From the human T2T-CHM13v2.0 reference genome, Homo sapiens: a stretch of DNA of 64,000 nucleotides. The stretch is from the NCBI RefSeq assembly GCF_009914755.1, contig NC_060932.1; one strand, given 5' to 3'. Under the pieces are notes generated by a model. The model saw nothing but the letters and a program-made list of their open reading frames with translations, searched no databases and was not told the origin of the DNA. Positions 27,346 through 44,609 of this stretch are shown one piece after another; position 1 is the stretch's first letter, and each line of letters starts with the position of its first letter. The translations under genes were made by a program, and so were the position numbers.

Positions 27346-30022
27346 GGCGCTACCTTCTTTGCTGAGAGCTGGACACTATCAGTTTTGCAAATGACATCTT
27401 AAAGTCTCTTACAATTATTCTAGAGCTGTTTCTTCCTTCAATTCTGTCAGTGTGGCTTCATGTATTTTGGAGCTCTGATGTTCGGTACATATGATCTTGG
27501 TGAGATCATCCTTTTATCAATATATAATTCATTCAGTCCTACAACAATATTAGACATAGTGCCTATTTTGTCTACATCGGTATAACCACCTCCGCTCTCT
27601 TTTAGTTACCATTTGCATGAACTATCTTTTTCTATTTTAGCACTTTCAAGTTATATGTGCCCTTAGATCTAAAGCGAGTCTCTGTATACCACATAATGTT
27701 ATATTCTATTTTTCTATCCATTCTGCCAATCTATGTCTTTTGGCTGAGAATTTTAGTTCATTTACATTTACAGTAATTACTGACGGGGACTTATTTTTGC
27801 CATTGTGTTATTTGTTTTTTGTATATCTTATAACTGTATTGTCCCAACTTTATTTCCAATGAGTTCTTTTTTAATTAGTAGTTTCTACTTCTCAACTGGC
27901 ACTCGATTTTCTCTTTATTGAGTCAATTTACCATATTTTCATTTAAACTTGTAAACATGCTTACCTTACTTCTTTGATTAAGTTTGTAAACTACTTTAAA
28001 TTCCAACCTCTGAGCTCAATCAGGGTAAGTTTCTATTGACTGTCTTTTTTCTGAGTATAGGTCACACATTCCTGTTTCTTTGCGTGTTTCATAATTTTTG
28101 GCTAAGAATTTGATGTTTAAAATAACATATTTTAGCAACATCCCCGGGTTTTCTTTGACTTTTTTTTTTTTACTGTGTTTTGTTTTTAATATCTTGCCTT
28201 GAATTAAACTGTGAAATCTGTCCACCATAGGATGCTTCTGTTCAGTCTTTTTTTCAGTCTGGTTCCCTAGAGTTTGCCCTTATGTCTGCATAGCTATTAG
28301 TCAATGATCTGGGAAAAGATTATACTCAAATACCTTGAAGCCCCTAAGTCCTTCATTGGATACAAATAGATCTGTTTGTGGTTTAGGTTGCACATTCAAA
28401 TTTGGTGGCAGTTTGCCTGTCTCCCTTGAGTTTTACTTTTTATTGGGTTCTTGCAAGTCTTTTTCTGCTCCTGTATGTAGATTCCTAGTCATCCAGTTAT
28501 ATGTAGAAAACTTATCTCAACACTTTTATTGTTCTCACCATTCCATGATCTCCCATTAATTTCTGGCTGGTTGTCTGGTTGCCATGATGGTGACCTCAAT
28601 CTCAGAATATTGAAGTTCCAGGAGTTTTCCTACTGAGTTTACCACAGGAAGCTGATAAAGCTACAAGACTTCACACCTGCCCCAAATTAACTTTGCCACT
28701 CTGGTGGCTTTGGTGCCAGAATTTTTGTTCATTATTTTGCTGGTAAAGCTACAAGTCTCACTAATCATGCTGGGGAGGAGGAATAGAAGCATCTCTAGAC
28801 AAAAAGTTCACAGGCTCCCACTGTGTTTGCCTCTAAGCTACTCATTTGGTCTTCTTGCATTTCCACACTTTTTCTCATTTTCAGAGCCTGCAATTCCTCT
28901 TTTTATCTAGTTTTATACTTTTGTTTAGGATTCATAGACATTCCATGCTTTCATAGACAGAGGTTTGTCTTCTATATCAGTTGTTGAATACTCTGAAACA
29001 CCTGTTGGATTTTACAGCCCACCAAAGTAAATAGATAAAACAATATTTCTATGGACTAAATTCTGTTTTGTTTTTATTTCTATTTTTAGGAATTCTGTCA
29101 TGCACCTTCCGATTCTATCTGTTTTGGGGCAACTCTATCAACTACAAACACTTATGAAATAACTCCTGTCTACCAATTTTGTCCTGAATTATAGATACAT
29201 GGGAAAGAATACGACATGCTGTGTTATAGAATATCCTAATACAGAATATCCTGTAAACTTCCTGAAGGAAAAGATCCATTTAGTACTTTGTGTCTATTTA
29301 GCTTCTTGTTTCTTGTCCTGTTATTCATTATTTCAATTTTAAAATATTGTGCAAAGGCTTATTTAAATTTTATAAACAAATATTGCAATATCTGAAGTTC
29401 TCAGTAATGTCATTCTTCAGCTTGTTGATTCTGTTGATGCTTATTGCGGTTAGTTGCTAGTATTTGTCACACTTAATTATAAACTCATGTTTGTCTGGGT
29501 TTTATGTGTAAAATCCCAGAGTTCAAGCAACAGCGCTCCAAAGAGGATATCGTTTTCCTACTGCTCTATATCCTGGGACACTGCACATCTAGCATGAGGT
29601 AATTTCAATTCTTGGATTTTTCTGTAACCAAGTAGGTAATATCATTTTGACCTCCAAATCTATATACAGGAAGGTTACTTTCAAAATAGAAACTGTTTTT
29701 TAAAACCTAGATATCAGGATAAGAAAGACGAATCTTCTGATATTGTCCCTCTGTTGATAAGTGGACATTGCTGGTCCCCAATTTCAGTCATGTTGTATTA
29801 CTTTAAGGGTCCCCAGTTTCTATGCAGATCTGAAGTCCAATTCCTTTCCTTCTGAAGACCCAACATTTGCCTCAGGTCCCCAGAGCTAGCAATCAAGTGC
29901 AAGTCTGTAGGTTTAAAACTTTGTTAAATTCCTCAGGACAACCAGTTTCAGAGTAAACTTATCATTCTGGTGTCCACATCTTTATTTTTGGCTTCAGCAT
30001 TTTTCTCTCAATTTGAAGTTCC

Positions 30023-30399
30023 TGTGGTGCAGTATTTCTCTCAAAAGTTCACAAGCATTGGAGATATAATTGCCGTGGTAATAATATTAAAAAGCTGCAG
30101 CCTATAAGAGATGATCGGGTTGTGAGGTCTCTACCCTCATGAACAGATTAATGCCTTTATCTCAGGAGTGGGTTAGTGATGGCGGCAATGGGTTCCTGGT
30201 AAAAGATAAATTAGGCCTCCATTTCCTCTTCCTCTTACATGCTCACTTGCCCTTCTGCCTTGGGATGACATTTGCCAGATGATAGCTCCATGTTCTTGGC
30301 TTTTCAGCCTCCAGAACTGTGAGCCAAATAAACTTGTGTTCTTTATAAATTACCCAGTCTGTGGTGTTCTGTTATAGCAGCAGAAAACAGACTAAGACA
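30023..30399 (+). mobile_element. MaLR solo LTR (MSTC/MSTD-like)
   Basis: cagcctccagaactgtgagccaaataaac ... aaattacccagtctgtgg ... cagactaagaca. Confidence 0.85.
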
Positions 30400-30821
30400 G
30401 ATGGGAACTTGACTATGCACTAAAAACAAGTTGGTAATATTTTAACTAGCATTTATATATATTTTTTCTTTATGTGCTATAAAATGAAGTGTTCATATTG
30501 AATTTAGTAATTTTTTAGAGTTCAGTTCTGGAGTTTTCTAAGTAAAAAATTATACATGTATAAATAACGTTTGTTCACTGGTCTCTCTGATAAGCATAAT
30601 TTTTAAAACAGTGTTTTGTCATGGCTGAATCATCTAGAATATTGTCAAATAATTAGAGTGATCGCATTCTAGCTTATTCACAGTTTTAATGAGAACGACG
30701 TGCGTTTTGCATTATAACTTTGGCTCTGGGTTTGGAATAGTTGTCAATCATGAGAATGTACTACTTTTATAGCTTAGTAATTTTTAGTCACAAATAAATG
30801 CAAAATGTAGTGACTGTCTTC

Positions 30822-30992
30822 TTTTTAAATTTTCTTTTTTTGAGACAATGTCATCCAGGCTGGAGTGCAGTGGTACAATCATTTCTCCCTACAGCCTTGA
30901 TCTCCCAGGCTCAAGCAATCCTCCTACTTCAGCCTACCAACTATGCGCGACTACAGGCACATGCCACCATGCCTGGCTATATATATATGTGT

Positions 30993-31058
<66 letters not shown>

Positions 31059-31140
31059 TTTAGTAGACACAGGGTGTTGCTATTTTGCCCATGCTAGTCT
31101 TGAACACCTGAGCTCAAGAAACACCCCCACCTTGGTCTCT
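30822..31140 (-). mobile_element. AluJ with expanded (TA)n/(CA)n in the middle linker
   Basis: Two Alu arms separated by ~80 bp of TA/CA repeats (30977-31057). Confidence 0.88.
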
Positions 31141-31208
31141 GCAACTGCCCTTTTAGCACTTATTGAGATTACTGCAAGGTTTCAGCTATTCAAGAGCTAT
31201 AATATTTC

Positions 31209-32037
31209 TGTTAAGTAAGTGACACTTGTAATTACCTCTAGGGGAGAAGACCGCTACACCAGGAGTAGCATTCCCATGATGACAACACACTCCATGGTTT
31301 GGGGTCACCAAGGAAGATACGATTCACGTAGACACTGAGTAGAACAAGGCTTTACTCCCATAGAGAAGAAACAGAGCAAGATTAGCTTCAGGGTGAGCGT
31401 TAGTCACCCATGGCCTGCAGCTGATGCAGGGTGATTGTCTACATGTATCCATCTCCTATTGCAGGCAAAGAATCCTGATGCCTCACTCTGGGATCTGAAA
31501 TACAGAAAGCTGGAGTGTGTCTGAGGGCCATATAATGCACTTTTTTTTTTCATATAAGATCTTGTTCTATTGCTCACTTTGGGGTGCAGTGGTATGATCC
31601 TAGCTCACTGCACCCTCATACTCCAGGCCTCAAGTGATCTTTCAGCTTCAGCCTCCCAAGCACCTGAAATTATAGGTGCATATCATCATGCCTCGCTAAT
31701 TTTTTAAAAATTTTTTCTGTAGAAATAGGGTCTTCCTATTTTGCCCAGTATGATCTCAAACTCCTGGCCTCAAGCTATTCTCTTGTCTCGGCCTCCCAAA
31801 GTGCTGGGATTACGGGAATGAGCCACTGTCCTGGCCAAATGCACATCTTTAAGCAGAACAAGGAAACATACATCAAGTCTGTAACAAGGAAAGATACTCC
31901 CAAACAAAGCAGTATGCTCAGCACTGGTTGCAAGGGCTGGCTCTCTCTTTGTAAGGAAATGTTCCAAGTCCAAGTCTACTCTTGGGTAGCCATGTAGGGG
32001 TCAAAATACTGCACACACAAAACTGCCATTCCCAACA
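31209..32037 (-). mobile_element. ERVL-type solo LTR (MER73/MER54/LTR53 group, tentative), interrupted by AluJ
   Basis: Minus strand begins TGTTGGGAATGGCAG, has an AGTAAA-type polyA signal (aaggctttact) and ends in ...AACA. Confidence 0.55.
31541..31836 (-). mobile_element. AluJ
   Basis: Antisense dimer, TSD aatgcac on both sides. Confidence 0.88.
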
Positions 32038-32122
32038 GTTTTCTAGTCTTAAACTCTTTTAATGAAATTAAAGGAGTTTTCTGAAAATTCCAACTTGGTC
32101 ACAATATAGACATTTTATACAT

Positions 32123-32499
32123 TGTTATGGATGGAATGTTTGTGTCTTTCCCATAACCAAATTCATATGTTGAAATTCTAGCCCCCAGTGTGATAGTATT
32201 AGGGGGTGGGGTCTTTGGGAGGTTAACTAGATAAAATGAGTTCATGAGGGTGGATCTCTCATAAGTGGAATAAGTGTCCTTATAAAAATCCCGAGATAAT
32301 TTGCTTCTCTTTCTACCATGTGAGGATGCAACAAGAAGGTGCCGTGTATAAATGAGGAAATGGGCCCCCACCAGACCCTGAATCTGCTGGTGCCTTGATC
32401 TTGGATTTCCCAGCCTCCAGAACTGTGAGAAATGAATTGCTGTTGTTTACAAGTGATCCAGTCTGTGGTATTTTGTTAGAGTAACCTGAATGAAATAAG

Positions 32500-32502
<3 letters not shown>
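32123..32502 (+). mobile_element. MLT1A-type MaLR solo LTR followed by (CA)n
   Basis: aattcatatgttgaaattcta ... gaatctgctggtgccttgatcttggatttcccagcctccagaactgtgag. Confidence 0.9.
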
Positions 32503-32536
<34 letters not shown>

Positions 32537-32749
32537 CATATATATACACATATACAATGCATTTGTTTTCTTTGAGAGCTTTGTAGCTATATTCATACAG
32601 GATTTATTTGGTATGTGTATTGTACATTTACATGTTTGAATTATGCTAGTTTTACAACTGGAAATAATTTTTGGTTAAATTTCCATTGTGAAATTTTGAA
32701 CCTAAAAAGAAATACGTGCTCATTTTATCTAGTGGAATAATGTGAAGAT

Positions 32750-35950
<3,201 letters not shown>

Positions 35951-38900
35951 ATAATTACTTTTCTGCCTCTCTCTCCCTACCATATCACCATATCATCTCT
36001 CTCCTTCTGTGATTACCATTCTTTAGATTGCCTCCCATCTAAACCCAGGGCCCCAAGTCCAAAAATAGGTCTTATAAAAGTCATTCACAACTTCTGAGAA
36101 GTAGTATTATTGTGAGAAATCATACTCCTTGAGCCAGTGTATGATTAGTTTCAGTTACCAGTAAGGAAGTTGTGCCCTTGTAGTTCCTGCTTCTCTAAAT
36201 AGCAGCCATAGATTGACTGCATTTCTTTCAGGCTGTCCTCTTGTGTTGAGTCATTCCATCCCAATCTCTGCTTCAAGCTGTGCAACTGGCTGTGGTATCA
36301 CATATGAGGTAGAGCTCTTAATTCCCTATTGCACTGCATTATTCAGACCCCCTACCCCACTGCCTGCTTCAAAAGCCAGATCCCAGAAAGTCCCTGGATT
36401 TATCCCAACTCACCATTTAGCAGTTCTGTTCTGTTGATGATCCATGCAGATATTTATCTTGAATTTGAGCCAGGCTGTGTGTGTGTCAAGTTTCCTTTTT
36501 TATATGTTATCTGTTGTTCCTACATGTGTAAGTGGATAAAGATTAGTTAATGTATAAAATTACTAGGTCACCCTGGTCAGAAGTCATTTCTTTATTCTCA
36601 GAGCCTTAAAGGATACCTTCAAATATCTTACTTATTGTTTCTCTCTCTCTCCTCTCTCTCTCTCTTTACGTAGATGCACCAGTTCACATATACTCATATA
36701 CATGCACACACAATACTGTATGTATATAAACATATATGTATCTATAGCTCTATGGGTCAACTGGTGCATCTACCCAGAATGTACATATGTGTGTATGTGT
36801 GTATGTGTGTAATCTGCTTTCTCTTCTCAGTAGGGAAATATATTGTCAGTTGTTTGAGCGCAAGAGAATCTAAGGAACTTTACCATGATTTTCTGCTTGG
36901 ATAGTTTCTTACTAAAGCACTAATAATGATCATGACCTTTTAGTGATCTCCACCATCTCTAGACCTAGATTGTTGGTCTCTAGGAAAGCAGGTACTTGAA
37001 TTGGGATAAAGTCATCCTTATACCTGAGAAGATAAGTGGAATATTTGGTTGAATTAAATTGCAAATGGTACTCTCTTAAATTTTATTTTCAGTAAAATAC
37101 TACTTAACATGTAAAGCAGATCTTTTCCCCTTCAGAATGCATGACAGTCATTTACTAATGAATGCTTTTAAATCTACTTGCTGAGCCTTAAGATATAACA
37201 AATTATAAATTCAATATTTTTGCTGTAAGATGGAGAAAAAGAAGCAGGTATAAGATTTGGGCCAGAAAAGTCAACGCTTTATTTAAAAATTAAAGAAGAG
37301 TCTGTTTGTTAAGCTAGCATCTTTTCTTTGCACATCTTCAATTGGAATCATGTAACAGCTACTTAAGTCCTGCTTTAAAGGACTGCTGAAGATGTCATCC
37401 TTATTTTAGTTACAGGGATTAATTTACAATATCTTATTCCAGAAGATAAGTCAACAGAAAAGAAGAAAAAAGGAAGGAAACGAAGACAAGCAGAAAATAA
37501 AAAATAAATAGAAAGACAACTTATATGCCTACTTCTTTTATTCCACCTTGCAGACAAATCATATTTTTCTTTGCTTAGTGATTTCTAGATGTCATTTTTA
37601 CAAGTGGCTTCTTATAAAGTCTGTTAGATTAATTCATAATTATATAGGCAACTTCGTGAATACATACTCCATTTGTAACATTTTGTTCAAGAGGCCGGAT
37701 AGCTCTTTTTTCTTTTGGTTCTGGTATTCCAGACAGGAAATGTATTTTTTCCTGGTCTCCAACTTTAACATTCAGATATTCCCCAACTGCACCCATCCAC
37801 TCCTAAGTCCTTAGTCTAAGGTAAGATGGATAGTTATCATGTAAAAATATATGGGCTGACCCTACTCATGTCTGCATTCTGGAAACTCTGCATCAAGCTC
37901 ACTTCCCCCTAACAATTTATTCTGCATGGATTTGACAGTTACAGAGAAATCAAACATCCGTGAATCTCATATTAATGAGAGGATACAGACATTTGAATAT
38001 GAGTTTCTTTCACTTGTCACATTTTTGACTTTTGATTCTGTTCCTGACCAGAAACTGCAGGGCAATCATCTTCTCAGGCCTCCTTCAGCCTTGTTCTATT
38101 TGGAGAGCTGTTTGGCTTATCTGTGTGGTCTAGTGGAGGATACATGGCAGTCATATGACTTTGAACCCTTCAAGAACTACAAATGCACTTTAGTTATCTT
38201 TGGCTGTCTCTTCCTTCATTCTCTCTATGCACCAAGAGGCATAGAGCTTACCAGAGTAGATAAAGAGAGGTAAATGAATGAATGATATTCAAAGGTGCAA
38301 TGTGGAAAGAGTAAATAAAGACAAAACTAGGCTGTAAAAACTCGACACAAATACACACCCCATAAAGATATGACAGCATTTCTATTTGACCATAAGAATC
38401 CTACTATTTTCTCTCAAAATGGAAGGACATCAGGCTATTGCTGGGTTACTGTAAAGACCTACAAGTGCTGGGATGTGTAATTGTCACATTTCTGATGCTA
38501 AATGCCTAGGTAAGGTAACTCAGGGGTTGCATGTCCTGCTGTCATCAGAGGCTACATCTTTTATGAGTTAACACATCTCACCTTTTCTCACCACAGTTTA
38601 TTATTTTTAAAAGTACTATCACATTAATTTTACTGTCAAAGAATTGTGTTCCTTGTTATTATTTTTAAGTTCTTTCATTCGTCTGTGTCAGTAGCTGCAG
38701 CTGAACTCCAAGATGCCTGCTCTAGGAAGAATTCCCAGTGTACAAAATGGTCAAGGCACACTTGCAGTGTCAGGAAAACCTTTTTAGTTAAAGTCGTATC
38801 TTGGTGCCCTGCTGCCCTTTTAAACAAATGTATTGGATTTTTGCACTTTATTGCTGCTTCATAGACCAATCTCTAAAATAGACTTCTCTAATTTTGTGTG

Positions 38901-39705
38901 TGAGAGAGAGTTTACTTAATAAACGATTCCATATTGCCTTTAACAGGGAAGGTTGTTAACCTGGATTACTGTACACAGATAGAACATCACATGTGAAGCA
39001 CTTGCAGCTCCCCAGCTTTTAACATCATTTTTCTCCCGTTTCCAGCAGGTTCATGAATCTTGAGCTGGGCTGTGAGCACACACCATGGTGAATAAAATTC
39101 AGCATGCTCTCTGTAAGCCACATGCACTTCTAAAATGTGCCACTTTTGAACAAGACCATCCTGGGAAAATGACTGGCATGGAGTATTCCCAATGGAATAC
39201 TTGGGAATATCCCAATGGATATTGTGGAATATCTTTTGAATTGCATTGCCATTTTCACCAATTGAAGTTGCCAGCTGTTGCCCTTTTGTACAATTGATCT
39301 TTTGTTTTCTTTTATTTATTATCATAATTAGATGATTAATAGAGACAGGGGCTTTTATAAGAAACATCTGGAGGTAACAGAGCCAGAAATAAATTGTTAG
39401 TTGGGTCTTCAGAGATAGTCATCAGTTTCAAGGAAAGGAAAGCTACAATGTTAGCATTCCAAGTATGGGAAGATTGCCTCTGTTGCTCATGCCCAGGAGA
39501 GGAACTGTGTGCAACTTTAAAAGACCCCAGCAACATTAAGAAAGATTTTTACAGTACTCATAGCTAAAACTCCCCATTCAGTCCAGAAGGTTAGGTAAAT
39601 TATGATGTACAAATGCATTGTGGACTTATTTTCAATTCTTCTTCCCCTAAGTCTTTTTTCAATGTTCACATGTTCATCTTCTCTCCCTTTCAGGTATAGC
39701 TTTTA

Positions 39706-40453
39706 TATTTTTAATTTTTTATTATACTTTAAGTTCTGGGATATATGTGCAGAACGTGCAGGTTTGTTACATAGGTATACACATGCCATGGTTGTGTGCT
39801 GCACCCATCAACCCGTCATCTACATTAGGTATTTCTCCTAATGCTATCCTTCCCTTAGCCCCCACCTCCTGACAGGCCGCGGTGTGTGATGTTCCCCTCT
39901 CTGTGTTCATGTGTTCTCTCCCACTTATTTTTCAACTCCCACTTATGAGTGAGAACATGCGGTGTTTGGTTTTCTGTTCTTGTGTTAGTTTGCTGACAAT
40001 GATGGTTTCCAGCTTAATCCATGTCCCTGCAAAGACATGAACTCATCCTTTTTTATGGTTGCATAGTATTCCTTGGTGTATATGTGCCACATTTTCTTTA
40101 TCCAGTCTATCATTGATGGGCATTTGGGTTGGTTCCAAGTCTTTGCTATTGTGAATAGTGCCGCAATAAACACACATGTTCATGTGTCTTTATAGTATAA
40201 TGACTTATAATCCTTTGGGCATATACCCAGTAATGCAATTGCTGAGTCAAATGGTATTTCTGGTTCTAGATCCTTGAGGAATCACCACCCTGTCTTCCAC
40301 AGTGGTTGAACTAATTTACACTCCCACCAACAGTGTAAAAGCATTCCTATTTCTCCACATCCTCTCCAGCATCTGTTGTTTCCTGACTTTTTAATGATTG
40401 CCATTCTAACTGTCACGTCATTGTGGTTTTGATTTGTATTTCTAATGACCAGT
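39706..40453 (-). mobile_element. L1PA (PA7/PA8-like) 3' fragment
   Basis: ttattatactttaagttctggg...gtgcaggtttgttacatagg. ORF 39985..40173(-) MFIAALFTIAKTWNQPKCPS is the ORF2p C-terminus. Confidence 0.95.
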
Positions 40454-40671
40454 AAATGTGTTCTATTCCCAAAGGACTCAATCTCACTGACTTCTGACCT
40501 CTTGCTTTGGTACATATTTTGAATGAAGGGCTTTCTGCTTCTAAAAGAATCTAGTCTATGATTTAGCATAATCAAAAAGTTTCCCCATACTTTTTGAATG
40601 TTTTTATGTCTAAGGTATTTTTCATCTTTTCTGAGTGTCTGTTTTATCTTCAGTAATCTAGACTCAAAATA

Positions 40672-42071
40672 CAGGCATACCTCAAAGATATTGCAGGTTC
40701 AGTTCCAGATGACTGCAATAAAGCAAGTGACACCAATTTTTTTTTTGTTTCCCAGCACACATAAAGTTATGTTTACACTATATTGTAGTCTATTAAGTAT
40801 AAAATAGCATTATGTCTAACATACCTTAATTTTAAATTTAAATTTAATTTTAAATTTTATTGCTAAAAATGTTAAGGATCATCCAAGCTGTCACTGAGTC
40901 ATGATCGTTTTGCTGGTGGAGGGTCTTACCTCAGTGTTGGTGGCAGCTGACTGACTGATCAGGTGGTGGTGGCTGAAGGTTGGGGTGGCTGTGGCAATTT
41001 CTTAAAATAAGACAGCAATGAAGTCTTCCACATTGATTGACATGTTTTTATGAAAGATTTCTCCTCAGCTGTTTGATGGCATTTTTCTGACAGTAGAACT
41101 TCCCTCAGAATTGTAGTCAGTCCTCTCAAACCCTGCTGGTGCTTTATCAACTAAGTTTATGGGAAATTCTAAATCCTTTGTCATCATTTCAACAATGTTC
41201 ACATGATCTTCAAGAAGACTAGAGTCCATCTCCAGAAACTACCTTCTTTGCTCTCACATAGGAAGCAACTCCTCATCAGTTCAAGTTTTATCACAAGATT
41301 GCAGCAATTCAGGCATGTCTTCAGGTTCTACTTCTAATTCTAGTTCTCTTGCTATTTTCACCACACTGCAGTGACCTCCTCCACAGAAATCTTGAACCCT
41401 TCAAATTCACCCATGAGGGTTGGAATAAATTTCTTCCAAACTCCAGTTAATGTTGATATTTTAACCCCCTTACATGAATCATGAATATTCTTAATGATAT
41501 CTAGAATGGTGAATCCTTTCCAGAGGGTTTTTAATTTGCTTTGCCTAGATCCAATAGAAGAATCATTGTATATGGCAGTCATAGTCTTAGAAAATGTATT
41601 TCTTGAATGATAAGACTTAAAAGTTAAAATTAGCCTTGATCTGTGGGCTGAAGATACTGTGTCAACAGTCATTAATTTCCTTGTACATCTCTATCAGAGC
41701 TCTCGGATAATCAGTTGTGTTTCCAATTAGCAGTAATATTTTGAAAGGTATCTTCTATCTGAGCAGTACGTCTCAACAGTGGGCTTAAAATATTTAGCAA
41801 ACCATGCTGTATGGGGGGCCGAGGCAGGTGGATCACTTGAGGACAGGAGTTAGAGACCAGCCTAGCCAACATAGCAAAACCCCATCTCTACTAAATCTAC
41901 AGAAAATTAGCTGGGTGTGGTGGTGTGTGCATGTAATCCCAGCTCCTCCAGAGGCTGAGGCATGAGAATCCCTTGAGCCAGGGAGGTGGAACTTGCAGAG
42001 TCAAGACTGCACCTCTGCACTCCAGCCTGGGTGACAGAGTGAGACTCTGTCTCAAAAAAAGAAATAAAAAT

Positions 42072-42130
<59 letters not shown>

Positions 42131-43365
42131 CTTGCTGTAAACAGATATGCTGCCATCTAGCTTTTGTTGTTCCATTTATAGAGCACAGGTAGAGAAAAAT
42201 TAGCGTAATTCTTAAGGGCCCTAAGATTTTTGGATGGTTAATGAACATTGGCTTCCACTTCAAGTCACCAGCTGCATTAGCCCCTAAAAAGAGAGTCAGC
42301 CTGTCCTTTGAAACTTTGAAGTCAGGTATGGACTTCTCCTCTCCAGCTATGAATGTCCTAGGTAGCATCTTCTTCTAATAGAAGGCTGTTTCACCTACAT
42401 TGAAAATCTATTGTATAGTGTAATCACCTTCATCAATGAGCCTTAGCTCATCTTCTGGATAACTTGCTGCACTTTCTACATCAGCACTTGTGGCTTCATC
42501 TTGCATTTTTATGTTATGGAGATGGCTTCTTTCATAAAGCCTCATGAATCAACCTCTGCTGTCTTCCAACTTTTCTTCTGCAGCTTCCTCATCTCTCTCA
42601 GACTTCATAGAGTTGAAGAGAATTAGTGCTTTACTCTGGATTAGGCTTTAGCTTAAGAGAATGTCATGGTTTGTTTGATCTTCTATTTAGACTACTCAAA
42701 TTTTCTCCATATCAGCAATAAGGCTGTTTTGCTTTTTTGTCATTTATGGGTTCATTGGAGTAGAACTTTTAATTTCCTTCAATAATTTTTCCTTTGCATT
42801 GAAAAGCTGGCTAACTGTTTGGCACAAGACACATAGCTTTTGGCTTATCTTGGCTTCAACATGCATTCATCGCTATCTTAATTGTGTCTATCATTTGATT
42901 TTATTAATTTACCTATTTCAATGTTTTTGAGTCACAAGGAATCGGGAGGCCTAAGGAGAAAGACAGAAAAAGAGACAGAGAGAGAGAGAGAGAAAGGGCA
43001 GTGAGAGAAGGAGAGAGGCACAGGGGAATGGCTAGTCAGTGCAGCAGTCAGAAAACACACAGCATTGGTAAATCAAGTTTGCTGTCTTATATGAGCATGG
43101 TTTATGGAGTCCCAAAACAATTACAACAACAGCAAAGATGACTGATCACAGATCATCATAACAGATATAATAATAATAAAAAGATTGAATTATTGGGAGA
43201 ATTGCTAAAAGGTGACACAGAGAAATGAAGTGAGCACATGTGCCTGGAAAAAAACGGCACTGATAGACTTTCTCAATGCAGCCTTGCTGTAAACCTTCAA
43301 TTTGTAAAAAACACAGAATCTTCAAAGTGCCATAAAGTGAAGCCCCATGAAATGAGGTGTGCCTG
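40672..43365 (-). mobile_element. Tigger1 DNA transposon, near full length, inactive
   Basis: TIRs caggcatacctc / gaggtgtgcctg, TA at left. Transposase remnants PRTFIAGEEKSIPDFKVSKDRLTLFLGANAAGD and KLKTLWKGFTILD...GVWKKFIP. Confidence 0.93.
41812..42130 (+). mobile_element. Alu, 5'-truncated, (CA)n within A tail, nested in Tigger1
   Basis: Alu body, TSD-like aaaccatgctgta / aaacttgctgta. Confidence 0.9.
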
Positions 43366-43921
43366 TCCAATCCCTTCACCATTTCTCATTAGGATTTCTA
43401 TCACCTCCATAACCTTAATGATGATTTGCAGCTGTAAGGAGGAGGGCCATATCTTAGCAGGCTTGGCTTTTCACCAATTACTTGGCTCTCCTCTGCCTTC
43501 CCCATCTCCTAGAACTACAAATTCTTTCCCTTAATCACGTAGAATATTTCTACATTCTTTAATGTCTTTTGAAGTTTTACGCTCTTATACCATGTATGTT
43601 GGTAAAACAATGTGTTCCATAATAACATAGAGCTCTTCCTAAGGAATTATAATAAACTGCTTAAAAAAATACTTATTATATGTGGAAGGGCTCATCTATC
43701 CATGCTCAATCTGTAAGTCCTCTCCTCCAAGTTTGACTTAAATATTTTCTATTTTTTGGAACTTGCCGGGCTAGAGATGATCAAATGGCAATGGAAGTAG
43801 AAGCTTTCTACCTCTTTATCTTTATGGGTAGAGTGTTAGAAAATGGGTGTAGTCAATTCAAACTACAAATAATTGAGAAAAACACTTCATAAAGTCTATT
43901 CATTGAATCAATATTACCTGG

Positions 43922-44046
43922 TGCTATGGTTGGAATGTTTGTCTCTCCCAAAAATTCATATGTTGAAACCTAATCACCAATGTGATGATATTAGGAGGCG
44001 AGGCCTTTCAGAGATGATTAGGTCATGGGGACAGAATCATCATGAG
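43922..44046 (+). mobile_element. MLT1A-type LTR 5' fragment
   Basis: tgctatggttggaatgtttgtctctcccaaaaattcatatgttgaaacc, homologous to 32123 onward. Confidence 0.8.
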
Positions 44047-44609
44047 TTGAGAATTTTGGGTATTCAAAATTATAACATGGTAGAGTTAAAATTGATGGCT
44101 CCTAAAATAGGAGTGATCTTAAAATCATCTAGTCAAACATTCTCATTTTATAGAAGAGAAGATAGGAGATCTTGACTTGGCCGAGGCTATCTAACCAGTC
44201 CCTGATAGTGTCAGCGCCTAGCCTCTGCCTGTCTTGAATCTCACGAAAGTTCTATTACATCCTGCTGTTTCTTGGCCAGAGACAGTGATCCTGGGTAGCA
44301 ACTACTCAACTTATTTCTCCAAATAGATATACATATTTCTCCATAATGGAATAAAGTACAATTCACACATGTTAAAAAATAGCCAGGATTAGATTAATTT
44401 AGGGTATATTACCATCTGAAACATAATAGTGATGTGCAATTAATACAGTGTGTATAATACTAAAGATTCAACTTCTGTCAACCCGGTATCTAAACAGTTC
44501 TGAGGAGGATGAGGTGGAAAGTCTATCTCTGGAAAACCTGATTGAATGGATGCTACCTCAGCCTTCATCTTGGGTTTAAAATTACACAAACTAGTATATC
44601 ATTCATGAC

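Larger units (their letters stand above)
24499..28900 (-). mobile_element. L1M LINE (ORF2 towards 5' region), interrupted by MER52 and AluY at 26247-27377
   Basis: Antisense ORF2 motifs tctttcacctccttagttaac, ttttctgcatcaattgagatg, ttgagaaaaatgtgtactctgc. Resumes at ~27378. Right boundary approximate. Confidence 0.8.
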
